DNA of 64,000 bases from an uncultured virus (IMG/VR IMGVR_UViG_3300032167_000100) (taxonomy: Duplodnaviria; Heunggongvirae; Uroviricota; Caudoviricetes). Each line of letters opens with the position of its first letter. The first letter of the stretch is position 1. The translations under genes and the position numbers were made by a program. The stretch lies in IMG/VR virus record IMGVR_UViG_3300032167_000100; one strand, written 5' to 3'. Shown piece by piece: positions 21,449 to 30,577 of this stretch. The notes beneath the pieces were generated by a model that did not search any database, was not told the origin of the DNA, and saw only the letters and a program-made list of their open reading frames with translations.

Positions 21449-21997
21449 TTACTTATTTTCAGTTTCAAGAAGAATATTAGCTGCCTCAACAAGAAGTTCA
21501 GCGAGCCTAGCTACCGACTCATGCTGAGTAGATTTCTTATCTGCAGGCGTATATTTTTCAGATCTCTTATTGATGCGGTCATGAAGAGCTGCATTTTTTG
21601 GCTCTGCACTTTTTCTTGATGATTCATTACCATCTTTACGAAGAGAATTCTTATTTCGAGGATTTAATATAGTATCACCCATAGAGTAAACATTTCCAGT
21701 ATATGTATCTAAAATATTATCTTTCCCCGCCGGTCGAATTTCAAAATGAGTTCCAGACCCCTGAACTTGCCCTTTTACTGCATGACTCTGTTCTATTCTC
21801 TTTTTGTCCTTCTCGAGCTGTCTAAGGGTTTTATCAGATTTACCAAACTCAGTTTTCTTTCTTTCTGAGTCAATCTTTTTGTCTATCTCATCAATCTTTT
21901 TATTTCCTTCAACAAGCTTCCTCTGTTGATGGCGTGCATAAGCATCTTCATTCAGAGCACTTGCAGTTTCAAGAAGTTTATCTATAATATTACTCAT
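21449..21997 (-). CDS. putative virion internal protein
   Basis: GGAGG RBS; LLE/ALNE/LLVE motifs at the termini; late-type promoter upstream. Confidence 0.6.
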   Translation of the reverse strand: MSNIIDKLLETASALNEDAYARHQQRKLVEGNKKIDEIDKKIDSERKKTEFGKSDKTLRQLEKDKKRIEQSHAVKGQVQGSGTHFEIRPAGKDNILDTYTGNVYSMGDTILNPRNKNSLRKDGNESSRKSAEPKNAALHDRINKRSEKYTPADKKSTQHESVARLAELLVEAANILLETENK

Positions 21998-22033
21998 AAT
22001 ATTATCCTCCAATTTCTAATAACAACGAAAGAA

Positions 22034-22081
22034 ACCTGAAGATGCTCAGCATCTTCAGGTCTTGCTCATTATATAAATGTT
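22034..22081 (-). promoter_or_regulatory. AACA-N6-TA promoter (22070-22081) followed by a 12-bp hairpin (22034-22060), copy 1
   Basis: Near-identical module at 25510-25559. Confidence 0.65.
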
Positions 22082-23750
22082 AGTTTGTTTTGTACATATG
22101 CATGTTGATAGTACCTGTATAGCGAAGTCCTTCCATGACGTTAAGCCAGAATACAGTCACCTTACAATTCTCAGATGCAATGTCTTTATTGATTTCCTTG
22201 ATGAGTTTATAAATGGCGGTTTTGACTTCTTTATACTTCTCGTCGTCACCCTTAGTATAGTCGATATCAATATCAGCTACAATGAGTGTCTGGTTCGACT
22301 TATAGTGGGCATAAAAATAGTCATTGATCTCGTTCGCTTTTAGATAATTATTAACAACGCCTTTAATGGATGCATCGGAAATATGCTTCTTGATCTTCTG
22401 ATATGCAATCTTGCGAATTTTGTAGCTTTCCTCAGAAACTTTTCGTTTTTGTTCCTCAGTCTTGCTTTCCTCAGGCAATCCAACACCATCGGCAGACTCA
22501 CAAGACACACAGGCTTCATTAGCTTTACAAGCCTCATTAATCGCACAGTACATATTATTCAGAAGATTTTCATACATAGCATCAGCTGTAGATTCAACGA
22601 AGATAGAATATACCTGGTAATCGATATCGATATCCTTCATGTTGAGGAGATCTTTTGCGATCTTATAATGACCAGGATTACAAGACATAATCTTAATCTT
22701 CTTATGACCTCTACGAACACACTCACGGCAGAATTCATTGACATCACGGAATACACCATAAGGTGTTTTAAGTGGCGATCCAAATCCCCACTGCTTACGT
22801 AAGTCACCACGAATTCTATCACGAATGTAAAGGAAGTCGTTATAATAATAGCGTTCAAGCTCACCACTTTGAACTTTGTAATATCTCATAAGTTTCTTAT
22901 CGCTGTACTTCTTAAGAATCGCTTTCTCGTCCTGAGTAAGAGAATCTTCAAGCTCCTGAACTGCTACAGAAACTTTCTTAGTTTCCTTAGTCTGCATCAT
23001 CTTATCAATCTTTTCGGCGAGAGAATACTCAGCTTCGGATAAATGATGACCAGGTGTAACGTTAGTTCCATGACAATATACGACAATATCGTAAGTTTGT
23101 GCCAGGTTGAACAGCGTTTCAACATTACGAGAATATTCCCAGATATTTTCATCAGGGTTCATAAACACAAGACCACCACCGAATGCTTTAAAATCGGCAC
23201 CCCAATTTCTCTTCCATTCTTTGGATCTGGCATTGAGTTTATTATAGATTCGTGAACTGATATGCGCAAACTTATCATTCTTGATGTCTTTCAAAAGCTT
23301 AATTGCTTCAGCTTTAGTAAGACCATACTTGGTATAGTTGTTATCAAGCTCATCCTTGTAACGATCAACAATACCTTTGAAAAGTTTAAGCTTATCGTTC
23401 ATGTAGTTTACGATTTCCTCAGCACCTTTAAGAACAGGGAAACCGTGTTCGGAGATGAATTTAATGAAAGTCGTCTCAGTATTACGATCCTTAAGATATT
23501 TCACATAAAGAACGGAAACAGAACAATTCCAGATTCTCTTAGCTGCACCTTTGCGGTATTCAGCCCAAGTAGACTCTTTATTGTCAGCATGGATAACTTT
23601 ATTAATTTCATCAAAGTTGATTACAGATAAGTCTTTATGTGCAGCAGAGTTCTCCATATCGGATTCGGAGACAACTGCTTCAGGCTTACCCATAAGATTT
23701 GTCATATGGGGCTCTTTAACCAAGAGCCCCGAGTTCTTATCAGAAGGCAT
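22080..23750 (-). CDS. hypothetical protein, possibly virion-associated
   Basis: 556-aa ORF with GGAGG RBS. Confidence 0.75.
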   Translation of the reverse strand: MPSDKNSGLLVKEPHMTNLMGKPEAVVSESDMENSAAHKDLSVINFDEINKVIHADNKESTWAEYRKGAAKRIWNCSVSVLYVKYLKDRNTETTFIKFISEHGFPVLKGAEEIVNYMNDKLKLFKGIVDRYKDELDNNYTKYGLTKAEAIKLLKDIKNDKFAHISSRIYNKLNARSKEWKRNWGADFKAFGGGLVFMNPDENIWEYSRNVETLFNLAQTYDIVVYCHGTNVTPGHHLSEAEYSLAEKIDKMMQTKETKKVSVAVQELEDSLTQDEKAILKKYSDKKLMRYYKVQSGELERYYYNDFLYIRDRIRGDLRKQWGFGSPLKTPYGVFRDVNEFCRECVRRGHKKIKIMSCNPGHYKIAKDLLNMKDIDIDYQVYSIFVESTADAMYENLLNNMYCAINEACKANEACVSCESADGVGLPEESKTEEQKRKVSEESYKIRKIAYQKIKKHISDASIKGVVNNYLKANEINDYFYAHYKSNQTLIVADIDIDYTKGDDEKYKEVKTAIYKLIKEINKDIASENCKVTVFWLNVMEGLRYTGTINMHMYKTN

Positions 23751-23765
23751 AGTGAACCTCCTTAA

Positions 23766-24464
23766 TTACTTTTTGAGATACTTCGAGTCACTAAAGACAA
23801 TAGATTTGTCAATCTGAGTACCGATATAAATAGTGCCCTGAGTACCGTTACCATCGATGAATACACAGAAGTGGTCACGAAGGATCGGATGAGCCTTCTT
23901 AGCTACTTCAAAGATACCAACGATGTGATCGATAATTGCGTCACCGATATTCTCGATCATAGTCTTAGCATTGTTGATCGAAGAGTTAAACTTAGCCTGC
24001 TCCTTAGAAGCAAGAGTCTTAACGATCTTCGAGTAGTTAATGTTAGCGATCGGAATATGATAAACAAGTGCATCATGTCTGTTAGATTTGTCGTTAGACT
24101 GGTCGACGGTCTTTGCGAGGATATCAGAAACGAACTCGATACCGTCAGCAGCAACATAAGCACCGAACTTAGCCTTGGTCTTATCCTTGAATTCGTCAAA
24201 CCAAGTCTTCTTCAGATACTCAATTGCAGCAGTAAACTCTTCACGATCCACAGCAGTAGCCTGACGAGCAGCGTTCTTTCTCGCAAGATGAGCACAAAGA
24301 GCAGAAGCACCGATGATGAGAGCAAGATAACCAACGTATACGCCGATGACAACCCATTCACCGACACCCTCGTTGAGAGAATCATCCTCCTGATCGAGCC
24401 CCCTAATGTCAGTGCACATCAGCTTGTATGCTTCATTGAGAAGATCCTTAGATGTTACTTTCAT
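23766..24464 (-). CDS. putative virion protein with one hydrophobic helix
   Basis: N-terminal LLNE...SLNE, then a hydrophobic segment. Confidence 0.7.
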   Translation of the reverse strand: MKVTSKDLLNEAYKLMCTDIRGLDQEDDSLNEGVGEWVVIGVYVGYLALIIGASALCAHLARKNAARQATAVDREEFTAAIEYLKKTWFDEFKDKTKAKFGAYVAADGIEFVSDILAKTVDQSNDKSNRHDALVYHIPIANINYSKIVKTLASKEQAKFNSSINNAKTMIENIGDAIIDHIVGIFEVAKKAHPILRDHFCVFIDGNGTQGTIYIGTQIDKSIVFSDSKYLKK

Positions 24465-24514
24465 ATATAAGCCTCTCTTTCAGAATTTCTAGTCAGATTT
24501 AAAGCCCCAACTAT

Positions 24515-24526
24515 TATTAAAATGTT
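24515..24526 (-). promoter_or_regulatory. AACA-N6-TA late-type promoter
   Basis: AACATTTTAATA on the minus strand, upstream of 24464. Confidence 0.6.
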
Positions 24527-24681
24527 TGAATTCCCCGATTATGATCAAAAAAAACACCTTATTTCACTCCAATGTTCACAAATCAGACTATATACGCATA
24601 TTACATAGTTAGGTTTAACACCATTAAGGAAGATGGAAGATCACATAATAAATATACTAATGAGACGTATGTGACAAAAAA

Positions 24682-24711
24682 ATAGAGATGCCCCGTTAAG
24701 AGCATCTCTAT
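24682..24711 (-). terminator. intrinsic terminator
   Basis: ATAGAGATGC...GCATCTCTAT; the A tract on + is a T tract on -. Confidence 0.75.
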
Positions 24712-24725
24712 CTTCATAAATCAAT

Positions 24726-25481
24726 TTATTTCTTATCAACTGACGAGATGCGGAAAGAAATTATTCCTTCATCTCCATCACCAGCACTTATGACTACTTT
24801 GTATCCAAACTTCTCACACTCTTTATATCTGTGATCGCAAATAAATTTAAGTCCATCAAGGAACGAGCTTAAATGTACATTTAAATCTTGTTCATGCCCA
24901 TCTATAATTGTGAGTGAGAGCTCATATACACCGTTGTATTCGTACTCTTCAAATACCTCGCAGGCAAATGTTTTAAATGATTTAGCATCTTTAACACCAT
25001 CAAGATACCATTTATTGGTTAAATCATCTTTATATTCTTCTTTGAGTTTATCGCAATATGATGCGATATTCTCTTTTATCCATGTTTTACCAACATCAGA
25101 TTTATTAAACTCCTGAATAAGTTTTCGTACATCAGTTTCGATAAATCTGGCTAATTCTTCCTTCGATGATATCTCTTTAGGTGTGAATGTACCAATTTTA
25201 TATTTTACAACAAATTCATTATATTTTTTCTCGTCATCACGACGAGCTTCTTCGTCTTTGATTCGCTTTTGTTGGTCACGTTCCTCTTGTTTCTTTTCAT
25301 CTTTCTTATCAGATAACCGAAACCAGATTAACCCGCCAACGGTAACTGCTACAAAGCTTAGTAATTTTACAATATCTCCAGTTGCAGACTCATTTAAAGT
25401 CTCGGTATCAGATGGGAGATATCTACTTGCCTCTACACGAAGTGCATTTGCTAATATTCCAGATTGCTTACTCATATCCAT
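24726..25481 (-). CDS. putative virion protein with one hydrophobic helix
   Basis: N-terminal TLNES, then a hydrophobic segment and a charged coil. Confidence 0.7.
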   Translation of the reverse strand: MDMSKQSGILANALRVEASRYLPSDTETLNESATGDIVKLLSFVAVTVGGLIWFRLSDKKDEKKQEERDQQKRIKDEEARRDDEKKYNEFVVKYKIGTFTPKEISSKEELARFIETDVRKLIQEFNKSDVGKTWIKENIASYCDKLKEEYKDDLTNKWYLDGVKDAKSFKTFACEVFEEYEYNGVYELSLTIIDGHEQDLNVHLSSFLDGLKFICDHRYKECEKFGYKVVISAGDGDEGIISFRISSVDKK

Positions 25482-25509
25482 ACCTCATTTATACAGATTA
25501 ACAAAAATA

Positions 25510-25559
25510 ACCTGAAGACGCTGAGCGTCTTCAGGTATCTTGCTCATTAATAATATGTT
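25510..25559 (-). promoter_or_regulatory. AACA-N6-TA promoter (25548-25559) followed by a 12-bp hairpin (25510-25536), copy 2
   Basis: Repeat of 22034-22081 with a compensatory stem change. Confidence 0.65.
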
Positions 25560-25625
25560 TTAATTATGGGGGGGGGGTAAATAAAAATAGATATTTTAAA
25601 TTACACCAATTCCCAACCAATAGTA

Positions 25626-26903
25626 TTACTTATTATTTTTGTGTTCTACATCTTTAATAATCTCTTGTTTAGTTCTAGCATCGGCTCTAGCCACATCAAG
25701 ATTATCATCTTTTGTTCCACTCATTGCAACTATCTGCATACATGCGAGACTATTTAAAAACCTCAAATCATATTTAACTGTAGATAATATAATTTTACAA
25801 TAGCTGTCAGAGTGATCGAACTTGCCATTGACTCTCATGGTCTCGAATTTTGAAATTGCTTTCTCCATCAATGATATGGCTCTATTAATTTCCTTAAGAT
25901 ACACAGTGGCATGATCTATAGCCGTATTAATATGACTCGCAACAAATACATTTTTATCATCTGGTGAGTCAACAAAGAACTTGTCGTTATAATTGCTAGC
26001 CTCTTCATATAGATCTTCTCGATCTAAATCACCAGTCGTTATTGCATTATATACAGGAAGGTATATATTATCGATTAGATCGGATAAATCATATTGACTA
26101 AGAAAATTTTCATTTACTTTTATATAGAATAAATGGTTGCTTGAATTTTCAAATTGATCTTTCAATTGCTTAAATTTTGCATTCGTAGCCGCTGCAGATA
26201 TGGCTCGTTTTATAGTGCTTATTAATCGCTTAATTGCATCTATGATCACTCGAATTGTGTTACTGATCTTGGAACCTACAGATTCATTTAATGTATTTTG
26301 CTCATTAGCTGAGTCTAAATCTTCGATAAGTAGATCTATTGTCTCTAATAATATTAATTGCATATTCATAAATTTATCCTCCGATAAGTATGACTCTGTT
26401 AGAGTATCGCTATTGCATGATATGCGAATTTCCGTTGAATGAGAATCAGCCAATTCTATCGTAAGATATTTATATAAATATCGAGAATATTTTGAGCGAA
26501 GGACACTAATTATTGGCTTGGTAATTTTAGTATTAACTAAGTTAACCAACTCACTATGACATTCAGTATTGTCATCCTTATCTGCAACAGAGATAACTAT
26601 AGTATTTGGTATATCTTGGGTTTTCTCAACACAAACATATCTTATCCGATATTTCGATCGCATTTTAACCAATGCATATCTAATTTCTTTATCGGACTTT
26701 TCTTGTTGTCTTAGAAATTGCTCTTCTTCACGAAGTTTATTATTGATATATTCAGTAATCTGAATAGTATATTCTGTAGGTACGCCTCTGACTGGACGAA
26801 CGTATTCGACTAAATTTTTTATATCTTTTTTAACCAATGTTAATAATTGAGATGCTGTTCTAGGTGTGTCATATGAAAATGATATTGCTTGTGATAATGA
26901 CAT
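25626..26903 (-). CDS. putative virion protein
   Basis: 425-aa ORF with central LTES/LLE/TLNES motifs; AACA-N6-TA at 26933-26944. Confidence 0.65.
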   Translation of the reverse strand: MSLSQAISFSYDTPRTASQLLTLVKKDIKNLVEYVRPVRGVPTEYTIQITEYINNKLREEEQFLRQQEKSDKEIRYALVKMRSKYRIRYVCVEKTQDIPNTIVISVADKDDNTECHSELVNLVNTKITKPIISVLRSKYSRYLYKYLTIELADSHSTEIRISCNSDTLTESYLSEDKFMNMQLILLETIDLLIEDLDSANEQNTLNESVGSKISNTIRVIIDAIKRLISTIKRAISAAATNAKFKQLKDQFENSSNHLFYIKVNENFLSQYDLSDLIDNIYLPVYNAITTGDLDREDLYEEASNYNDKFFVDSPDDKNVFVASHINTAIDHATVYLKEINRAISLMEKAISKFETMRVNGKFDHSDSYCKIILSTVKYDLRFLNSLACMQIVAMSGTKDDNLDVARADARTKQEIIKDVEHKNNK

Positions 26904-27132
26904 ATGCTAATATCTCACTTTCTATTATTTATTATATAATTGTTCACGTGTGATACTATCCGCTAATAAATGAATATGAGATATACTGCCAAGGTGCACC
27001 TAAACTATTATCAGCTATTTTGGAATATCTAATTTCAGTCAGTGTTGTTTCTCTCATAGAATCTGGAGTTGGCATCTGATTCAACACTTGAAACAATATA
27101 CTAATAAAGATTACATGAAGAGAGGTAATATT

Positions 27133-27846
27133 ATGGATATAAATTTCTTTATGAAGAAAGTTGTTACACAGCTCGGATTTCCGGCGTTATCTCTTGAAAA
27201 ATACTATCCTGCAATCAAAGAAATTTTGATTAACGATACACTTCCAGTTTTCAGTCAGTTCTTCCCTTATGAATATGTAATGGAAAAGAATCTTACTGAA
27301 ATGAAACATGAGAAGGGTGACGGTGGATCTGAGATATATTATATTCGTGATCAATTCCTCGAAGATAATAATCTTGAAATTATTTCTGTCAGAGATGTTA
27401 CTGGTACTTCTCACTTCGATGAGTGGAATGCACCTCTTCATAGTTTCAATGTAGAAGCTATGATTCTTGAAGGTGTTGCATCTGGTATCAGATCTGGTTT
27501 GAATATTTCCACGAAGTCTTTCCAGTTCTTACCTCCTAACCGTCTCAAACTCAGAGGTTACGGTGGTGCAGAGAAAGTCTATATCACCTTGAAGATTCCT
27601 TATCCTAACTTCGGCGCAGTTCCTCCTTCTGTTGGAATCGAACTTGAGAAGTTGGCTAAGTTGGATATCAAATGCTGGTTGTATCCTGAGCTTCGTATGT
27701 ATGACAAGCTCGAGACTGCAGATGGTGCTATCGATCTTAAGATTGATGACTGGGCAGATGCTCAGAAAGAAAGGGACGACTTGCTCTATGATTGGAGAAA
27801 CAAGGCATTCCCGAATTCTACCAAGAGACCTTACAACTACGAATAA
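27133..27846 (+). CDS. putative virion structural protein (possibly neck/head-completion)
   Basis: GAGG RBS and AACA-N6-TA at 27092-27103; the function is a weak guess from the C-terminal pattern. Confidence 0.5.
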   Translation: MDINFFMKKVVTQLGFPALSLEKYYPAIKEILINDTLPVFSQFFPYEYVMEKNLTEMKHEKGDGGSEIYYIRDQFLEDNNLEIISVRDVTGTSHFDEWNAPLHSFNVEAMILEGVASGIRSGLNISTKSFQFLPPNRLKLRGYGGAEKVYITLKIPYPNFGAVPPSVGIELEKLAKLDIKCWLYPELRMYDKLETADGAIDLKIDDWADAQKERDDLLYDWRNKAFPNSTKRPYNYE

Positions 27847-27853
27847 AAATAAT

Positions 27854-27888
27854 CCCCGAACACAAAAGCGTGTTCGGGGTTTTATTTG
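27854..27888 (+). terminator. intrinsic terminator immediately before the cassette array
   Basis: CCCCGAACAC-AAAAGC-GTGTTCGGGG plus TTTTATTT. Confidence 0.85.
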
Positions 27889-27889
27889 T

Positions 27890-30101
27890 ACTCCTTATTG
27901 GTATTATATATACACTGAGACTAGACTCTATTGGGTGTATAAAATCGTATCTCAAGGACTTGGATCTGAACATCATTACGGGTGCTCTGACCGTCTTGGT
28001 GTGATACTCCAGATGACCCAGCTCGTTTAAATGATTATTTCCTAATAATAATTAAAAGTGGAAAGGCTGACGCAACCTGGTACTCATTATATGGACCATA
28101 TCCTCAATCACATGGAATTGACTCCAGACAACCTAAATCAGTCATCTGGATATCATCTGATAATGATTGAGAATGGAAGCATTAGTCCAACGTGGTGGGA
28201 TTTATACGGAGATTACCCACAATCACATGGAATTGACTCCGGTATATATTTTATTTGGAGATATTCATAGTAACGATGGTTCAGTGATCGTAATGAGAGT
28301 GGATGGGTATCCATCATATATGTTTCCTGGTAATTACCTTGGTGAGTTATCACTCCGCATACAATACGAAGTAACTGGCATGGACAATTTCAATTTGTCA
28401 TAAACCTATCTGGAGGTATTAATGGCGATGGAATGTATTATCCAAAATCACAACATGGTACAACTCCTTATGTGATAGATCATTGGGATCTAAAATGGGC
28501 ACATGTATCAGGAATTTATACCTGTATTGATTTACCAATATCTGTATACTGCTATTCGTCAAATAATTCGTATGGCTACTCCAAGTGAGCTGTCGATATC
28601 AAACAGATATCATTTAGTAAGTACATATAGACAGCCTCAAGACTGGGTACCTGTGTATTACGAAGATGGTGGTATTAATATACTCCTAATTATCCATATA
28701 CAAATGGAGATAATGACGAATATACATTAACAGCACCAAGAATAATAGCTATATTTATGCGAGGAGACGTAACTTATGGATCAACAAATAAAGAGTATGG
28801 CTCTACTCCGCATTTGCAGGATATTAAACTTGGAAAATTTGGCGTAGTATATGAAAACGGTAAAGCATACATTGGAGATTATACACATAATTCATACGTA
28901 AAAAATGGTGCCACTCCTACAACTTTTTATTTGCCGCAATGGAAACCATTAGGATTCGTCACATTATATACCGATGGATCAGGTTCAATCAGTTCTTATA
29001 TCTATTCTTATGACATGTATGAATAAACACTCCGTCAGTTGTCGATTATTGGAAAGGTGAACTAATACCTGATGGTTATTGTCGTCTTGATGGACTTGAG
29101 GTATCGTGGACCATTTCCAGTACACGGTATGGTTCTACTCCAAATATAACAGAAGGAGATATCTGGAGAAAGAGATCTGGTATATTTGCAGTTCGTGATG
29201 TAGATTATACACATGTATATCCATATGGAACAGAATTCTCGTATGATCTACTCCTTGGTTTAATCAATCTAAAATATACCATATTCAATCAAATATACTA
29301 GCTAATGGATTAGGGAATTATGATCATATAAATTGGTATTGGGGTGTTTAGTAACTCCAAGATATAAACTTATTCCTGAGTCAGAGGCTAGATTTAATTT
29401 TATTGAAATGGAAGGCTATGGTAAAAATACTGGTCCTGGAAATATAAGTATAAATGGTATATAGACTCCTGATAACAGTGAGGATAATATAAATAATATT
29501 CTTTTAATAAATTATCTTGGGTATCGATCATATTCCCTTACCAGTCAATCGAGAGGTGTTACTCCAAATGCGTATCAAAATTATGACTGGGATCAAAATC
29601 ATATGGTTGCAGGAAATGGAGCTTTCGGTGCAAATCATGTTCAGTATTATAAGTATGGACTCCTACATTTATCGGTCTCGATTTCGCAGGCATGATTTTA
29701 TCTTCAGGGAACGGTCATTATTATTGGAATTCTGTAAGGCATCCGCAAGGTGTGCACTCCATGTAATCTAATCAACAATATTGATGAACCTTCCAGAGTT
29801 ACTATGTTTTGGATAAATAACCATTCGGGTTTTATTATATACCATTGGATAAGTAATGAAAGAGGTGTCTCACTCCAAGTAATGTAGCATATGCCGATAT
29901 AGATATATACTCAAGAGTAGCTATGCATTGGATTCTAAATGCTTCAGGTATAGTTACATATAACTGGACAACTGTTGACAGAGGTGTTGTACTCCAACTA
30001 TACGATTCGTTAACCAAGATTCAGCATTTGTTAATGTACTAGTTACTGCATCAGGTGGATCCAGTGTACATTTTCATTTCACCAATAATTCCGATGGTAT
30101 T
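27890..30101 (+). repeat. array of 20 start-less coding cassettes (Thr-Pro...Gly), candidate donors for the variable loop of the 51834-56996 protein
   Basis: ACTCC at 27890, 28006, 28121, 28236, 28352, 28463, 28578, 28682, 28805, 28913, 29029, 29137, 29250, 29354, 29465, 29561, 29659, 29756, 29872, 29991; every unit is stop-free in the ACT-CCN frame up to its end. Confidence 0.9.
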
Positions 30102-30112
30102 CAAATCGAAAC

Positions 30113-30151
30113 AAAAAAAAATAAAGAGATACACTTAGTCGTGTATCTCTT
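30113..30151 (-). terminator. intrinsic terminator closing the right side of the array
   Basis: AAGAGATACAC...GTGTATCTCTT with a poly-A run on + (T tract on -). Confidence 0.8.
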
Positions 30152-30485
30152 CGTTCTTTGTCTCAGTTTTAGGTTTGTTCTTCGATCCCTTCGGACGTCC
30201 TCTTTTCTTTGGAGGAGGTGGCATTTCCATATGATATCTGAATCTGTTTTTGAATAACGGATTCTGACTCTTGGATTTCACTTTGGTGACAATCGGGAGC
30301 TCACTCTTCTTATAACCACATCGTTTAAGAGCCTCGATTATTTCAGGTGGCTTGCAGAGATTAAGTTCACACAGAATCTTAACTTGTTCGATCTTATCAG
30401 AAGCTTCTCTATATAAACCGCCTATATCATCATCTGAATAAAATAAGCCGTTCGGTAATCGGGAACAAACAAGTTTCTTAGCCAT
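30135..30485 (-). CDS. small basic protein with AT-hook-like motif
   Basis: PPPKKRGRPKGSKNK; AGGAG RBS. Confidence 0.7.
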   Translation of the reverse strand: MAKKLVCSRLPNGLFYSDDDIGGLYREASDKIEQVKILCELNLCKPPEIIEALKRCGYKKSELPIVTKVKSKSQNPLFKNRFRYHMEMPPPPKKRGRPKGSKNKPKTETKNEEIHD

Positions 30486-30540
30486 GTTTATTCTCCTATA
30501 ATTTGATATTATCTCAATGTCAAGGAAAAAATAAAATCAT

Positions 30541-30570
30541 AGAGGGACCCTTTCGGATCCCTCTTTTTTT
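30541..30570. terminator. terminator-like hairpin after the RNAP gene
   Basis: AGAGGGA...TCCCTCT flanked by A and T tracts. Confidence 0.65.
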
Positions 30571-30577
30571 GATTTTA

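Noticed and set aside
26945..27090. Possible small RNA between divergent promoters
   Set aside because: Only weak inverted repeats and no recognisable family; insufficient support.
27632..30017. Short ORF-track ORFs in the array (e.g. 28058-28270, 28757-29026) as real genes
   Set aside because: They are chance run-throughs of adjacent cassettes and lack consistent RBS and starts.
27890..30101. CRISPR array
   Set aside because: The only invariant is 5 bp, units are about 110 bp and open in one frame, and no cas genes are present.
27890..30101. Classical DGR template repeat
   Set aside because: No unit is near-identical to the target loop, lengths differ, and no reverse transcriptase or Avd is visible in the window.
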